From positions 861,892 through 925,891 of the forward strand of contig JACPKY010000002.1 in assembly GCA_016186795.1 (NCBI GenBank): DNA of 64,000 bases. The letters are read 5' to 3'. This DNA comes from Candidatus Gottesmanbacteria bacterium. Lineage in GTDB: Bacteria; Patescibacteriota; Microgenomatia; 2-02-FULL-39-11. The translations under genes and the position numbers were made by a program. Positions 54,371 through 64,000 of this stretch are shown piece after piece; within the stretch, counting starts at the first letter, position 1; each line of letters starts with the position of its first letter. The notes under the pieces were generated by a model. That model saw only the letters and a program-made list of their open reading frames with translations, ran no database searches and was not told where the DNA came from.

Positions 54371-55759
54371 TTAGTATACTATTTTTGGTTCCATCCCCCA
54401 AAGTTGAATTGCTGCGGCAAGCGCACTCTTTGGGTTTTTCTCTGCATACTCTTTCACGGTCATACCCGAAGATACTGCTTTTCGAGCCTCAATTGCCGCC
54501 TCCACTCCCCGCTCCACTCCCTGTGGATGACCCAAAACTCCCCCTCCCATTTGGATATAACAGTCTTTTCCAAGAGTTGCCACCACTTGGTCAAGAACTC
54601 CTGGATGAAGACCACCTGAGGCAACCGGCCAAACCGTTTTCATCCCAAACCAATTCTGACCTAAAGTGCTGAATTTTTCATTCGGAGGTGTTTGATCTGT
54701 TGTTAAAACCCGCATCACCTCTGCACTTTCCCCATAATCCTCCATTTTTGCTTTCGGTGATCCTGAGTGAATACTATCAACTCCCAAAAGTCGAAAAATT
54801 TTAGCAAGAGCAACCATAGAAATACTAAATCCTTGTATTTCACCAACTCCTTCAATTCCATCTCCACTTTCTCTTGTTATAAATGCATGCATCGCCCGAT
54901 GCGCATGAATAACAAGGCCCGGATTTTTGAGACGCATGGTGTGCACTGCGGCAAATCCGGTCGTCACAACATCAATCATCATACACCGACCACCTGTCTC
55001 TTTGATCCAATTTGCTCTATCGATCATTGTATCAATATTTGAATGGGTAAGATTGCACAGGTAAAGTTTCTTTTTTCCTGTTTTTGTTTCCACTTCTTTT
55101 TGAACCTCATGAACCAGTTTTGCCCGTTCCTTAAAATCGTTGAAAAAAAGGCTTGTCAGATTCTCGTCATCCTTGAGAAAATCATATGTTCCATCTCCTG
55201 CTGTCCAAAGTCTTCTTGCAAGGATTGCCTGTTCCTTTGCAGTTCGTCCAACCTTCGGTTTTGGTACCGTTCCAATAATTGGCATCGTGCGTTGGCTTTC
55301 GTCTTGATCCAAAAGGTCCCGTACACCTTCAATTCCGTATCTGGGACCGGGGAAACTTTCTACCATTTTACGGGGAAATCGCATATCAAAAACACGAACT
55401 CCGCAAACCATCTTCATGCCACCGATATTTCCAACAGGACCTGCTAAAAATCCTGACATATTATCCACTTCAAACAAGTCTGTTTTATACGCAACCTTAA
55501 ACATCCGGTTTTCCTCATCGAGATCATAGGCCATTGCTTTGTAGTCATCGGCCATTTTAATCCCTGAGTCTTGTCCTTCATCAACCTTTGTCCACGTTCC
55601 AGTTGATGATTCAGCAGCAACGGAAGCAGCTGCCTCAGGAAATACACTTTTATCTATACCACCTGCTAGCTCTATCTTAAATTGCAACAGTACATAATTT
55701 TCGTCGGGATTTTCTGGTTTCCAAGAAGGAGGCGCAATGTAGTTAAGTTGTACTGCCAT
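54371..55759 (-). CDS. rbcL: RuBisCO large subunit, form III-like
   Basis: AAESSTGTW, GN, KPKVG, DFLKDDE, HAHRAMH, IHSG, loop-6 AKM, ASGGL, GGG: catalytic residues present. Confidence 0.93.
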   Translation of the reverse strand: MAVQLNYIAPPSWKPENPDENYVLLQFKIELAGGIDKSVFPEAAASVAAESSTGTWTKVDEGQDSGIKMADDYKAMAYDLDEENRMFKVAYKTDLFEVDNMSGFLAGPVGNIGGMKMVCGVRVFDMRFPRKMVESFPGPRYGIEGVRDLLDQDESQRTMPIIGTVPKPKVGRTAKEQAILARRLWTAGDGTYDFLKDDENLTSLFFNDFKERAKLVHEVQKEVETKTGKKKLYLCNLTHSNIDTMIDRANWIKETGGRCMMIDVVTTGFAAVHTMRLKNPGLVIHAHRAMHAFITRESGDGIEGVGEIQGFSISMVALAKIFRLLGVDSIHSGSPKAKMEDYGESAEVMRVLTTDQTPPNEKFSTLGQNWFGMKTVWPVASGGLHPGVLDQVVATLGKDCYIQMGGGVLGHPQGVERGVEAAIEARKAVSSGMTVKEYAEKNPKSALAAAIQLWGMEPKIVY

Positions 55760-55855
55760 ATCGTATGTGGAATCTAAAAAGAGGGACTAATCACTTGTGA
55801 TATATATTAGTTGTATATAACACCATAAATCCTTCAATCTGTCAATAAACCATTT

Positions 55856-58800
55856 TTAATGGTGACCCCCTCCCCCACCACCTTCTTCCTCTTCATCTTT
55901 TGCTGTCAATGCCTGATACATCATCAGAACCCATGCCATCATAATTCCAAGCGTTATCGCCTCATAAAGAGCATGGAATTTGGTTCCTCCTATCTCTTCC
56001 TCAAGCTGATGAACTGAGTAAGCTAGTTCCGCACCCCCAATATAATCCGCATGCTTCCAGGGAAGAAGATTTTCTGCTCCAAGTCGGTGTGCAAATTCAT
56101 ATAATTTATTTGCATCCCAAGCAGCCCCTGCTTGACGACTGCTTACTTTCTGGGCAATTGAGCTATCGACACCCAAAGCCACAAGTTTACCAAATATGCC
56201 AGTTTTACTCGCCCACCAAGCTTGTTTAAAAAACTTAGCTGTTGCCTCTGCATGGAGGGCAATTTTTTTCTCGGAAAACCATTTATCATCTTCCTCATAT
56301 GCTTCAGACATCTCATGGAAACTTTCAAAAATGGCTTTCATATCTCCACTCGTACTTAAATTTCTTGTTACATACTTCATCTCTGCTTTAAGTCCCTTTG
56401 CGTGTCCTTCAAAATCACCACCACGCCTTGCCCATTGTCTATACCCGAGATTAATAAGTTCCATTTTGTCCCATACGACGTCTTCGGTACTAAGAAGATA
56501 CGGGTTCTTTTTATGTAATAGTTCTTCTGTGAGTTGAAAATAGGGGGCAGAAGTGGGATCTCGTCTGGCAGCCTCATGAGCCCGCTCCAAGATGGCATTT
56601 ATATGCTTTTTCGGATGTCGATGATGTGCATCCCACACATTGTCCCAATTTAATATAAGGTTTTTTCCTTGACCATTCTCGCTATAATGAAGTCCTAATG
56701 CTTCCATCCATTCCCGTTCTGACCATGTACCTAAAATTGCCTTTTTTGATTTCCGAAAATATTCCCGTGCACGAGTTTGTCGAAGAATTGTCTCAGCCCG
56801 ATCCTCCACCCAATTCCCTTGGGCATCTTGCCGGACTGCCTTAATTTTGTCAAAGTCACTCTCATACCAAACGCCATTTACTTGTTCACGAACTTCACGA
56901 ATCGCTCTTGGACCCTTTTCATCGTACAACGAGGCATGGGCAACAATATCAATGTCTCCTTCTAACACTCCGATCTGCTCTCGAAGCCACCTTTTGTGCG
57001 TATTGGTAATGTTACCACCAACATCAAAAATATGCTCGAAATCAAGCCCTGGGAACATTTCCTCAATAATCTTATCTCGAAGTGATTTTTTCCGCAGTTT
57101 CCCGTGATACTGTTCCATAACGTATGTGTTCCTCGCCACAATATGCGGACTTCGAGTGGCCATCTGCACCCAGGTAAACGTATTATAGATATCATTTACT
57201 TCTTGAGTCAGTTCTTCAATGGCATGAACCATGGGTTTCCCGTGCTCTGTAAGTTCTTTCCACTCTCTACGTACATCTGCGGTATAAATTCCAAGAAGCG
57301 GCTCCTCGTTTTTCCCAGCTTTCCGCCACTCTCTTTCAAACCACTCCATATCAACTGCCTGACCATTTGGTAATAAATAATCTCCTTCCCGTACGTCTCC
57401 CATTCTCCGAAGCTTTATTTTCCCGGTTGAAATAAGTTCATATAAAAATCTCTCTTTGAAATGTCTCTCGACTAAAAATTCTTTCACGTCTTCAGTTGCC
57501 CATTTCTTGTTCATAAAAGATAGCCGTATCGAACCGCCAAGGTACTCTCTCTCACGATCAAGCATGCCTATTATCGCATCGTGCACTCCCCATGTACTCC
57601 ATGGACCAAATCTGCCGGAAAACATCCCGTAGGCATACTTTTGCATGAAAGACTCAGCCTTATCACCGAATTCTTCTTCAAAAGTACCATTCACTATCGC
57701 ATCAAATACTCTCTGCGGTTCATTAATATCAAACACTTTTCCTTTCTCGCCTTCTCCTGCACCAATAATAATATTCCAGTACGCTCTAAATTTATCATCG
57801 GCAACACGCCATTTCATAAATAAGTGAAGGGGGTTTATAAAGCGGGACATTCCTTCATAGGGAACGCTGGAAAATACTTTATCCTTATCACTCCAATCAG
57901 GCATATCCTGAGGTATCCATGCAGGAACTCGCTGGAGTGCAAATATCTCAAGAAGTCGGGCGCTTAATAGTCCAAACCCTTTTGCCTGCTGGAGAGCGGC
58001 GTTTAGTCGCCACTTCCCTTCTCCGTCAAACTGGGAACGGCGGACAGGATTTTCTCTATCCCAAATAACTCGTCTTCCATCTCTATCTTTCATCACTGTC
58101 CCATCGGGATTTCGCATTGCATCATGAATAACTCCTGCGTCAACCATCTGCATAAATCTGTCATAAACCATCTCATCCCAGAGCGAATCTCCGGCAAACC
58201 GACCGTCAGCCGTTGGCTCAACAAACTGGGGAGGAATTCTCCCGTTGAAGGTTTTTAATACGTCCCACAAGACTCTTTCGTATAAATTGATGAGCTGCTC
58301 AACAATTGGATCTTCCATCATATCCATGGTGAAAGAGTTGCGTGAGAATGTTGTTAGAACCTTCCAACTCTCTTCATTTCCTTCGGGGTGAAGAGCAATA
58401 ACAACCGCATCGTGTGCCGCAAAGATTCCATACATTCTATTCGTTAACCTGCTTGAGAGTTTGTATCCCCCTTCATACTCTTGAATCATCTCCATCAGTT
58501 CATTCATTGCTTCGGCTTCGTACAAACCCCAAGCGTCACGATGTTGTTCTGTGGCTTTGGCAAGAACACGCCTGAGAATTTTATAAAACGTTTGCTCAAA
58601 GATGACTGCTCGTTTTTTCCCTTCATCAACTTGACCGGTAACCGAATCAAGAAGTGACCGTAACTGGACCTCATCAATATCAAACATTGCAAGCGTTCGG
58701 GATTCCTGATACCGCTCACCTCTTTCCTGAGCAGCTCTTGCTTGCATTTTCCGTTTGTGCTTCAAGATATGCTGAGTGAACTGCCACGAGTTTTCCATTG

Positions 58801-59677
58801 TTAAACGATCTCTTTCTGGTAATGCCGCTGTATCTCTCATAACATCAAGTATTTTCCGATTAAATTCTTCAAGAGCTACTTCGTACTTTTTCTTGTAAAC
58901 GATATGCCCTAGCCTTGATAGATTTGTGTCTTCTTCAGCAGAATCAGACGTATCTGTAAACTCATTGGGGTTTGCAGCTATTCGTTCTTTGAGATACTGG
59001 TAGACTCGCTTTTCTCCAACTGATGCATTTGGATCAATTGATCCATACCGGCCGGTAAAATCAAGCGGAGTCACTGGCGTTCTTGGCCTTCCGATTTCTG
59101 CTCCTCCTCTTTCTGGTGGAACGTTTGCCTCATACGCAGTCCGTGCATTTGTCAAATCCGCATTGTAGTCGGCATTTCGGATGTCCGGTAAACTCAAATT
59201 ATGAATTTGCTGCAATCGAAACTCGATCCGCTGTCCAAGTTGTTCTAAACTTCGTAAATCCCTGTCGTTTTGAGGAAGCGGTGCAATCTCCTGCTGCAAG
59301 AAACTGACATCTCTTAACTTCTTAAGAAGAATATCGTATGTTGCCGCATCTTGAGCAAGGTGAGGAGTCACACTTCTAAGTTCAACGATGAGATTGACAA
59401 CACCCGGATTATTCGATAATGTCTGCGGGGTAAAGGCAAGACCTTGGAGAAGATGCCCAGCTGGAAGATTTCTGAGCATTTCCAAAACTTCTTGTGCCCG
59501 CGCTTCGCTATATTTCGGATAATGCTTCTTTGATTTGAGTCTTCCCTCAACCTCTGCACGCTGTAGAATTCTTTCTGCTGCTAGTCGTGCTTCCAAAACC
59601 GGATCACGAACTTCGGGAGTTCCCCCTCGTCCCAATGCTCCTTGAACAAGTCTCGTCAAGGTCTCTAAAAACGCCAT
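55856..59677 (-). CDS. 1273-aa hypothetical protein with C-terminal hydrophobic segment
   Basis: Long ORF, no recognisable motif; ends in hydrophobic helix then KDEEEEGGGGGGHH. Confidence 0.85.
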   Translation of the reverse strand: MAFLETLTRLVQGALGRGGTPEVRDPVLEARLAAERILQRAEVEGRLKSKKHYPKYSEARAQEVLEMLRNLPAGHLLQGLAFTPQTLSNNPGVVNLIVELRSVTPHLAQDAATYDILLKKLRDVSFLQQEIAPLPQNDRDLRSLEQLGQRIEFRLQQIHNLSLPDIRNADYNADLTNARTAYEANVPPERGGAEIGRPRTPVTPLDFTGRYGSIDPNASVGEKRVYQYLKERIAANPNEFTDTSDSAEEDTNLSRLGHIVYKKKYEVALEEFNRKILDVMRDTAALPERDRLTMENSWQFTQHILKHKRKMQARAAQERGERYQESRTLAMFDIDEVQLRSLLDSVTGQVDEGKKRAVIFEQTFYKILRRVLAKATEQHRDAWGLYEAEAMNELMEMIQEYEGGYKLSSRLTNRMYGIFAAHDAVVIALHPEGNEESWKVLTTFSRNSFTMDMMEDPIVEQLINLYERVLWDVLKTFNGRIPPQFVEPTADGRFAGDSLWDEMVYDRFMQMVDAGVIHDAMRNPDGTVMKDRDGRRVIWDRENPVRRSQFDGEGKWRLNAALQQAKGFGLLSARLLEIFALQRVPAWIPQDMPDWSDKDKVFSSVPYEGMSRFINPLHLFMKWRVADDKFRAYWNIIIGAGEGEKGKVFDINEPQRVFDAIVNGTFEEEFGDKAESFMQKYAYGMFSGRFGPWSTWGVHDAIIGMLDREREYLGGSIRLSFMNKKWATEDVKEFLVERHFKERFLYELISTGKIKLRRMGDVREGDYLLPNGQAVDMEWFEREWRKAGKNEEPLLGIYTADVRREWKELTEHGKPMVHAIEELTQEVNDIYNTFTWVQMATRSPHIVARNTYVMEQYHGKLRKKSLRDKIIEEMFPGLDFEHIFDVGGNITNTHKRWLREQIGVLEGDIDIVAHASLYDEKGPRAIREVREQVNGVWYESDFDKIKAVRQDAQGNWVEDRAETILRQTRAREYFRKSKKAILGTWSEREWMEALGLHYSENGQGKNLILNWDNVWDAHHRHPKKHINAILERAHEAARRDPTSAPYFQLTEELLHKKNPYLLSTEDVVWDKMELINLGYRQWARRGGDFEGHAKGLKAEMKYVTRNLSTSGDMKAIFESFHEMSEAYEEDDKWFSEKKIALHAEATAKFFKQAWWASKTGIFGKLVALGVDSSIAQKVSSRQAGAAWDANKLYEFAHRLGAENLLPWKHADYIGGAELAYSVHQLEEEIGGTKFHALYEAITLGIMMAWVLMMYQALTAKDEEEEGGGGGGHH

Positions 59678-59752
59678 ACTTTTACTATCTCATACCCTCT
59701 TTTGAGACGCAATAAAAATGCACGAAAAAAGAATCGTCGACAAAAGAATAAC

Positions 59753-60541
59753 TTAAGAGGAGGGAACAAATGTATAAGGAGTCAGATGTTTGAATTGATT
59801 CGCTTTATAGCGAAGAAGAACTTTTTTGACAATATCAGGAGAAAACCCGCTTGGAATAATTTCTTTCTCTGTTTTCTTCTTATCATGGAGTTGGAATAAA
59901 ATTCTATCAGCATCTTCATACGAAAAACCAAATTCGGTCTCGTCAGTTTGCCCCTCCCAAAGACCCGCGGTTGGATGGATTGCAATAATTGCAGAGGGAA
60001 TACCTAAATACTGGGCAAGTTTTTGTATCTGCGTCTTGTAAAAGTTCAAAAGCAACTCTACATCCGACGCTTCATCTCCAAACCTTGTAAAGTATCCAAG
60101 AAGATGTTCTGTTTTATTTTCTGTCCCTAAAACAAGTGCATTACGCATCTTTGCTTGATCAAAAAGACACATCATACGAACTCTCGCCATCACGTTTCCT
60201 TTCCGTACACGATCTACCGAGGGATCAGTTGAAACGTACTCATCGACGATTGGCTGAATATCGATGCGACAGACATTTTCGTAGGGAATGTGCAACCAAG
60301 AAATTACTTCGCTTGCGTATTTTTCCCCGGACTGATTAAACGCACCATAAGGTAAAAGGTGTGGAAAAACATTTTTCTCTCCAATTGCCTGGACTGCAAG
60401 GGTAGCGGCTACTGTCGAGTCAACTCCCCCTGATAAACCGATAACAAATCTGGGTCTATCAGTCTCTTGAACTATTTTCTTTATAAAAAGTTTGATTTCT
60501 TCAAGAGTTTTTCCCCAATCGAGTGGTCCCAAATCATTCAT
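59753..60541 (-). CDS. nadE: NH3-dependent NAD+ synthetase
   Basis: GLSGGVDS, GNVMARVRM, PTAGLWEGQTDE. Confidence 0.96.
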   Translation of the reverse strand: MNDLGPLDWGKTLEEIKLFIKKIVQETDRPRFVIGLSGGVDSTVAATLAVQAIGEKNVFPHLLPYGAFNQSGEKYASEVISWLHIPYENVCRIDIQPIVDEYVSTDPSVDRVRKGNVMARVRMMCLFDQAKMRNALVLGTENKTEHLLGYFTRFGDEASDVELLLNFYKTQIQKLAQYLGIPSAIIAIHPTAGLWEGQTDETEFGFSYEDADRILFQLHDKKKTEKEIIPSGFSPDIVKKVLLRYKANQFKHLTPYTFVPSS

Positions 60542-60547
60542 AAGGTA

Positions 60548-61108
60548 TTAGCGGTAAAGGTTGCGCATTCTGATGTAATTTTCCACCTCCGGGAAAACTA
60601 ATCCAGAAATTGTTCTTGCGGTGCCAACTCGTTCTCTTATCATCGAAGAAGAAATATTACTCAAAAGAAGACTTCCTTCTATCCGATGAAAGCCTTGCGG
60701 AAGCGATTTAATGGGATAATCTTTCCTGGGGAAAACAAGAAACTCAATCATTCGTGAAAGTTTTTTATAGTCTCGCCAGCGGGAAAATTCACCCATCACA
60801 TCAGATCCCACAATCCAGAAATATCTATTTGAAGCATCTCTAACTAATTCTTTCACCACATCAATTGTGTAGGTTATAGATTCTCGACTTATGGCAATTG
60901 TTGAAAGTTTAATTCTTCCAGTTTCAAGATAATGGAGCATCTCGATTCTGTCAGAAGGAGAAGCAACAATTGATTTAAAAGCATTGGAATAATCCGGAAG
61001 AAGCCACACTTGATCAAGTCCTTTCACATTTTCCAGTACCTGCTGAGACGTCCAGAAATGCCAGATGTGGGGAGGATCAAATCTCCCTCCTAAGATTGCT
61101 ACATTCAT
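60548..61108 (-). CDS. nadD: nicotinate-nucleotide adenylyltransferase
   Basis: GGRFDPPHIWH, YTID, IVGSD, ISSSMIR. Confidence 0.93.
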   Translation of the reverse strand: MNVAILGGRFDPPHIWHFWTSQQVLENVKGLDQVWLLPDYSNAFKSIVASPSDRIEMLHYLETGRIKLSTIAISRESITYTIDVVKELVRDASNRYFWIVGSDVMGEFSRWRDYKKLSRMIEFLVFPRKDYPIKSLPQGFHRIEGSLLLSNISSSMIRERVGTARTISGLVFPEVENYIRMRNLYR

Positions 61109-61320
61109 GTCTTTCTATCCTTGTGAAATTGTGCAATTGACACTTCAACAAACTTTGTAAAACCTAGAATTGCCGGAAATGAAAATGCTCCCTCGGTTTT
61201 TATCCACTGACTAAAACTTGCACATGATGGACAACTATGGAAAGCTGCGTAGAGAATTAAATCGAGAAGAAGTGTCAATGGTAATAGTAGCAAGGCAAAC
61301 GTAAGATTTCTTTTATTCAT
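61105..61320 (-). CDS. small hypothetical membrane protein
   Basis: TM plus CPSC; overlaps nadD start. Confidence 0.5.
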   Translation of the reverse strand: MNKRNLTFALLLLPLTLLLDLILYAAFHSCPSCASFSQWIKTEGAFSFPAILGFTKFVEVSIAQFHKDRKT

Positions 61321-61365
61321 CGTATTTAGAATTTTACCACGATTGACGTACTTTTGGGGAAATAC

Positions 61366-62634
61366 TTACGTTTTTTTGATGTAGGTAAGTGAGGCAATCA
61401 GAACAAAAAGGAGTTGTCCCTGTTGAAGAGTGATAAGATAATGATCAAAAAGTCCTAGAAAAAGAAGAAGGAACAAAAGGAGTGGACCAAAAATAGATCG
61501 ATTACTTTTTTGGTATAAACCGTAAAGTGCAATAAGGAAAAAACAAAACCCAATAAACCCAGTCTCAGAAAGAATGAGCATGTAAATATTATGAACTGGC
61601 TGAAAAATAGAATAGGAGGAAATATTTGTAAGAAGTGATGGTAAATTCACTAGGAAGTTATTGAGTCCTACACCAATAAATGGAGAGAGTGATACCATCT
61701 GCGTTGCTGCCCAAAGTAGTGTTCCTCGCTCCATCCAATGATTACCTCCCATGGTTAAAAGTTGGGGGAAAAAAAGAGGAATCAGAATTGAGGAAAGAAA
61801 AGACATTCCCAGAATCCAGAGAGAAACTGAAATAAATACTGGCGGCAGACGCCTTTTCATGCTCTCGACTCCCAAAAGAAAAATGCCCAGAATAAATACA
61901 ATCCATGCGGCACGGCTTACTGTAAGAAGAAGTGCAACCATTCCGATAACGCACGAAAGCGTGAGAAATATCTGTTCGTTTTTTTCAAATAATTTCTTAA
62001 GGTAAGTAAGTCCCCACAGAAGCGCTACAATTGAAAGAGCCAAAAAACCACCAAGCACATTTGGGTGGGGGAACGTCGCGTAAGGCCGAAGATATAATGC
62101 TCCATCGTATGAAAATGTTGTGATCCCTGGAGTAGAAGCATAGAATGATCTTTCTCCCAACCACCAAAGACCAAATCCAATTGAACGACCAAGATAAAAC
62201 TGGCCAAAGGCGATGAGTGACTCAAAAAATACCCCTACTCCCAAAAGGAGAAGAACAGTTTTTATATTCGGTCGAATCTGTACGATTGCCCATCCCAGTA
62301 ACAAAAATTCAATAATTTTCACCCATTTATACACTGCGGCGCCAACATTAACAGACATAAGACTCGTTGCCAGAACGTACGTAACTCCTACTAAGAGAAA
62401 TACAAAACTTTTTGACTGTATAAAGCTCGTAAGGAATTTTTTTTGCGTACAAAATTTGTGGTATAAAACTCCCACAACAATACAAATAACAAGTAAATCG
62501 GTAAAATAAAGCGTTGGAATAAGATAATCAATTGGAACTCCCTCGATCTGAGAAAAAGGGAGGAAAAAATGTAACCCTAACTGTGTTGGGAGGAAAAGGA
62601 CCAACAGATAAAAAAGAGAGGCAGCCATCCTCAT
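61366..62634 (-). CDS. O-antigen ligase family protein
   Basis: RPYATFPHPN, SRAAW, GVGLNNF, PVHNIY. Confidence 0.9.
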   Translation of the reverse strand: MRMAASLFYLLVLFLPTQLGLHFFLPFSQIEGVPIDYLIPTLYFTDLLVICIVVGVLYHKFCTQKKFLTSFIQSKSFVFLLVGVTYVLATSLMSVNVGAAVYKWVKIIEFLLLGWAIVQIRPNIKTVLLLLGVGVFFESLIAFGQFYLGRSIGFGLWWLGERSFYASTPGITTFSYDGALYLRPYATFPHPNVLGGFLALSIVALLWGLTYLKKLFEKNEQIFLTLSCVIGMVALLLTVSRAAWIVFILGIFLLGVESMKRRLPPVFISVSLWILGMSFLSSILIPLFFPQLLTMGGNHWMERGTLLWAATQMVSLSPFIGVGLNNFLVNLPSLLTNISSYSIFQPVHNIYMLILSETGFIGFCFFLIALYGLYQKSNRSIFGPLLLFLLLFLGLFDHYLITLQQGQLLFVLIASLTYIKKT

Positions 62635-62681
62635 GACAACTCCATTGTATACCATACCAAGGAAAGAAGAAAAGAGGGTAT

Positions 62682-63152
62682 TTACCGAGGCTTAATGGTA
62701 ACTCGCCGTTCTTTCCCTTCACCTGTAGATTCGGACGTCACTTTGGCGTTTTCTGTAAGAAGAAGGTGAACAAAACGCCGTTCAAGCGGCGAAAGATATG
62801 GAAGCACAACCGGTACACCCGTTCCCTCCACTTCTCCTGCAATCCGCTCCACCATCTCTTTCAAACTATCCTCTCGCATTTTTCGATAATCACCAACATC
62901 CAATATAACTCGAACCCATTTCCCGAATTTTTTATACAACATTACACCCAGAAGCAACTGGAGACTATTAATACATTCCCCATGTCTCCCTATAAGTAAC
63001 CCTGTTTCCTCCGTTTCAATTCGCACTGCAAACTGATCTTCCTCCTGTTTTTCAATAGTTGTTGCTGCTTTAATCTCTAGAAGAGTAAATATCTGACTTA
63101 AAAGAGAGGAAATTTCTTTCTCAACATTCTTTTTTTCTTCTTTTTTTTTCAT
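62682..63152 (-). CDS. jag: Jag/KhpB RNA-binding protein (KH plus R3H)
   Basis: LIGRHGE..SLQ, ERRFVH, SESTGEG.ERRV. Confidence 0.93.
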   Translation of the reverse strand: MKKKEEKKNVEKEISSLLSQIFTLLEIKAATTIEKQEEDQFAVRIETEETGLLIGRHGECINSLQLLLGVMLYKKFGKWVRVILDVGDYRKMREDSLKEMVERIAGEVEGTGVPVVLPYLSPLERRFVHLLLTENAKVTSESTGEGKERRVTIKPR

Positions 63153-63155
63153 ACA

Positions 63156-63959
63156 TTACTTTAATTTGTTGGCTATTTGACGCTGTTGGATTATACCAAA
63201 GACCGTAAACGTATTCCAGTAAAGTGAAAGGCCAATCGGGAACGTGTAGGCAAAAAATCCGATCATGAGAGGCATCATAATTGACATTTGTTTCTGCATG
63301 GTGGTACTCATATCCTCTTCTTTTTTTTCACCTGTCTTCTCAAGAGATTTTCCCTCCATAGGTGGAGAAACGGTTGGTGTCATTGTTTTTGTCTGCCAGT
63401 ACTGCAAAAGTGCAGTCAAAAGAGGAATCGTGAGAAGAAAGATACCAGCAGTTTGCCAATCGGAAGGCTTTTGCGCAAGATTAACTCCAAAAAACGAGAG
63501 ATCAAGAGATTGAATGGTAAGAAACGGTGCATAAACAACCCTATTTATTCCGTCAACGACAGAAGAAATATCAGCACCGTTTAAAAGTTTGAAAAACAAG
63601 TTATAGAGGCCAAGAAGAATTGGCATTTGCAATAAAAGAGGCAAGCATCCTGCTGCAGGATTAACACCTGCCTCTTGATAAAGCCTGAGTTGTTCTTGGC
63701 TCAGGCGCTTTTTATCATCTTTGTGCTCACGACTTAGCCTATCAAGTTCTGGTTTCAGCTTTGCTAGTTTATGGGTATTTTTAAGTTGTGTTGCCATGAG
63801 AGGATTGAGAAGAATACGAATCACGATTGTAAGGAGAATAAGAGAAAAACCAAAAGCGCCAGGCAAATGCAAGAAAAGAAGCGCTTTATAGATCCCGATA
63901 AGAAGATTCAAAATTGGGATAAGAAGAAGAGTGTCAAAAATTGATTGAGTTTCAAACAT
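63156..63959 (-). CDS. yidC: membrane protein insertase YidC
   Basis: NPAAGCLPLLLQMPI, GLSLYW. Confidence 0.95.
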   Translation of the reverse strand: MFETQSIFDTLLLIPILNLLIGIYKALLFLHLPGAFGFSLILLTIVIRILLNPLMATQLKNTHKLAKLKPELDRLSREHKDDKKRLSQEQLRLYQEAGVNPAAGCLPLLLQMPILLGLYNLFFKLLNGADISSVVDGINRVVYAPFLTIQSLDLSFFGVNLAQKPSDWQTAGIFLLTIPLLTALLQYWQTKTMTPTVSPPMEGKSLEKTGEKKEEDMSTTMQKQMSIMMPLMIGFFAYTFPIGLSLYWNTFTVFGIIQQRQIANKLK

Positions 63960-63962
63960 AGA

Positions 63963-64000
63963 TTACGTCACCGGATCATACCCTTTTCCACCCCAGGGAT
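63963..64000 (-). CDS. yidD: 3' end of membrane insertion efficiency factor YidD (partial)
   Basis: PWGGKGYDPVT* directly upstream of yidC. Confidence 0.8.
   Translation of the reverse strand, partial: PWGGKGYDPVT

Noticed and set aside
54371-55759. RuBisCO-like protein (form IV) or evidence of autotrophy
   Set aside because: Retention of KPK, KDDE, HRAMH, loop-6 Lys and SGG argues against form IV; no small subunit, PRK or Calvin-cycle cluster is present to support autotrophy.
1-64000. Stop-codon reassignment (code 25), prophage or CRISPR array
   Set aside because: Conserved genes end normally at TGA (e.g. mvaD, thiolase) with no fragmented ORFs; no phage structural genes or regularly spaced repeats seen.

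Overview
Chromosomal segment of a low-GC bacterium using genetic code 11. Gene content (VirB2-like pilin arrays, archaeal-type upper mevalonate pathway, form III-like RuBisCO, minimal group 3b-like NiFe hydrogenase, smpB abutting tmRNA, many leaderless genes) points to Patescibacteria/CPR, probably Microgenomates; this placement is inference. Layout: 1-25 kb is a tRNA-rich accessory region with seven tRNA genes (five Ser including a rare Ser-ACT, plus Arg-CCG and Arg-GCG), cargo at tRNA 3' ends, a hydrogenase module, a thiol-redox island and a fused CapRel-type toxin-antitoxin. 24-35 kb holds comF, tmRNA, smpB, envelope genes and a pilin locus with an inserted NYN nuclease cassette. 35-44 kb is an ECF-sigma-led mevalonate/uppS operon, followed by a MITE and a 7-pilin plus VirB6-like array (44-49 kb). 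49-56 kb is a RuBisCO cluster (P-loop kinase, HAD, two divergent MDR dehydrogenases, sugar kinase), then a 1273-aa orphan and nadE/nadD/jag/yidC/yidD. Strongest leads: the RuBisCO cluster lacking AMP-pathway partners, tRNA-Ser(ACU) alongside tRNA-Arg(GCG), a covarying hairpin doublet fused to tRNA 3' ends, att-like sites bounding tRNA-Ser cargo, and a repeat-flanked NYN cassette with an antisense promoter and structured RNA. All calls come from reading the sequence; no searches were run.
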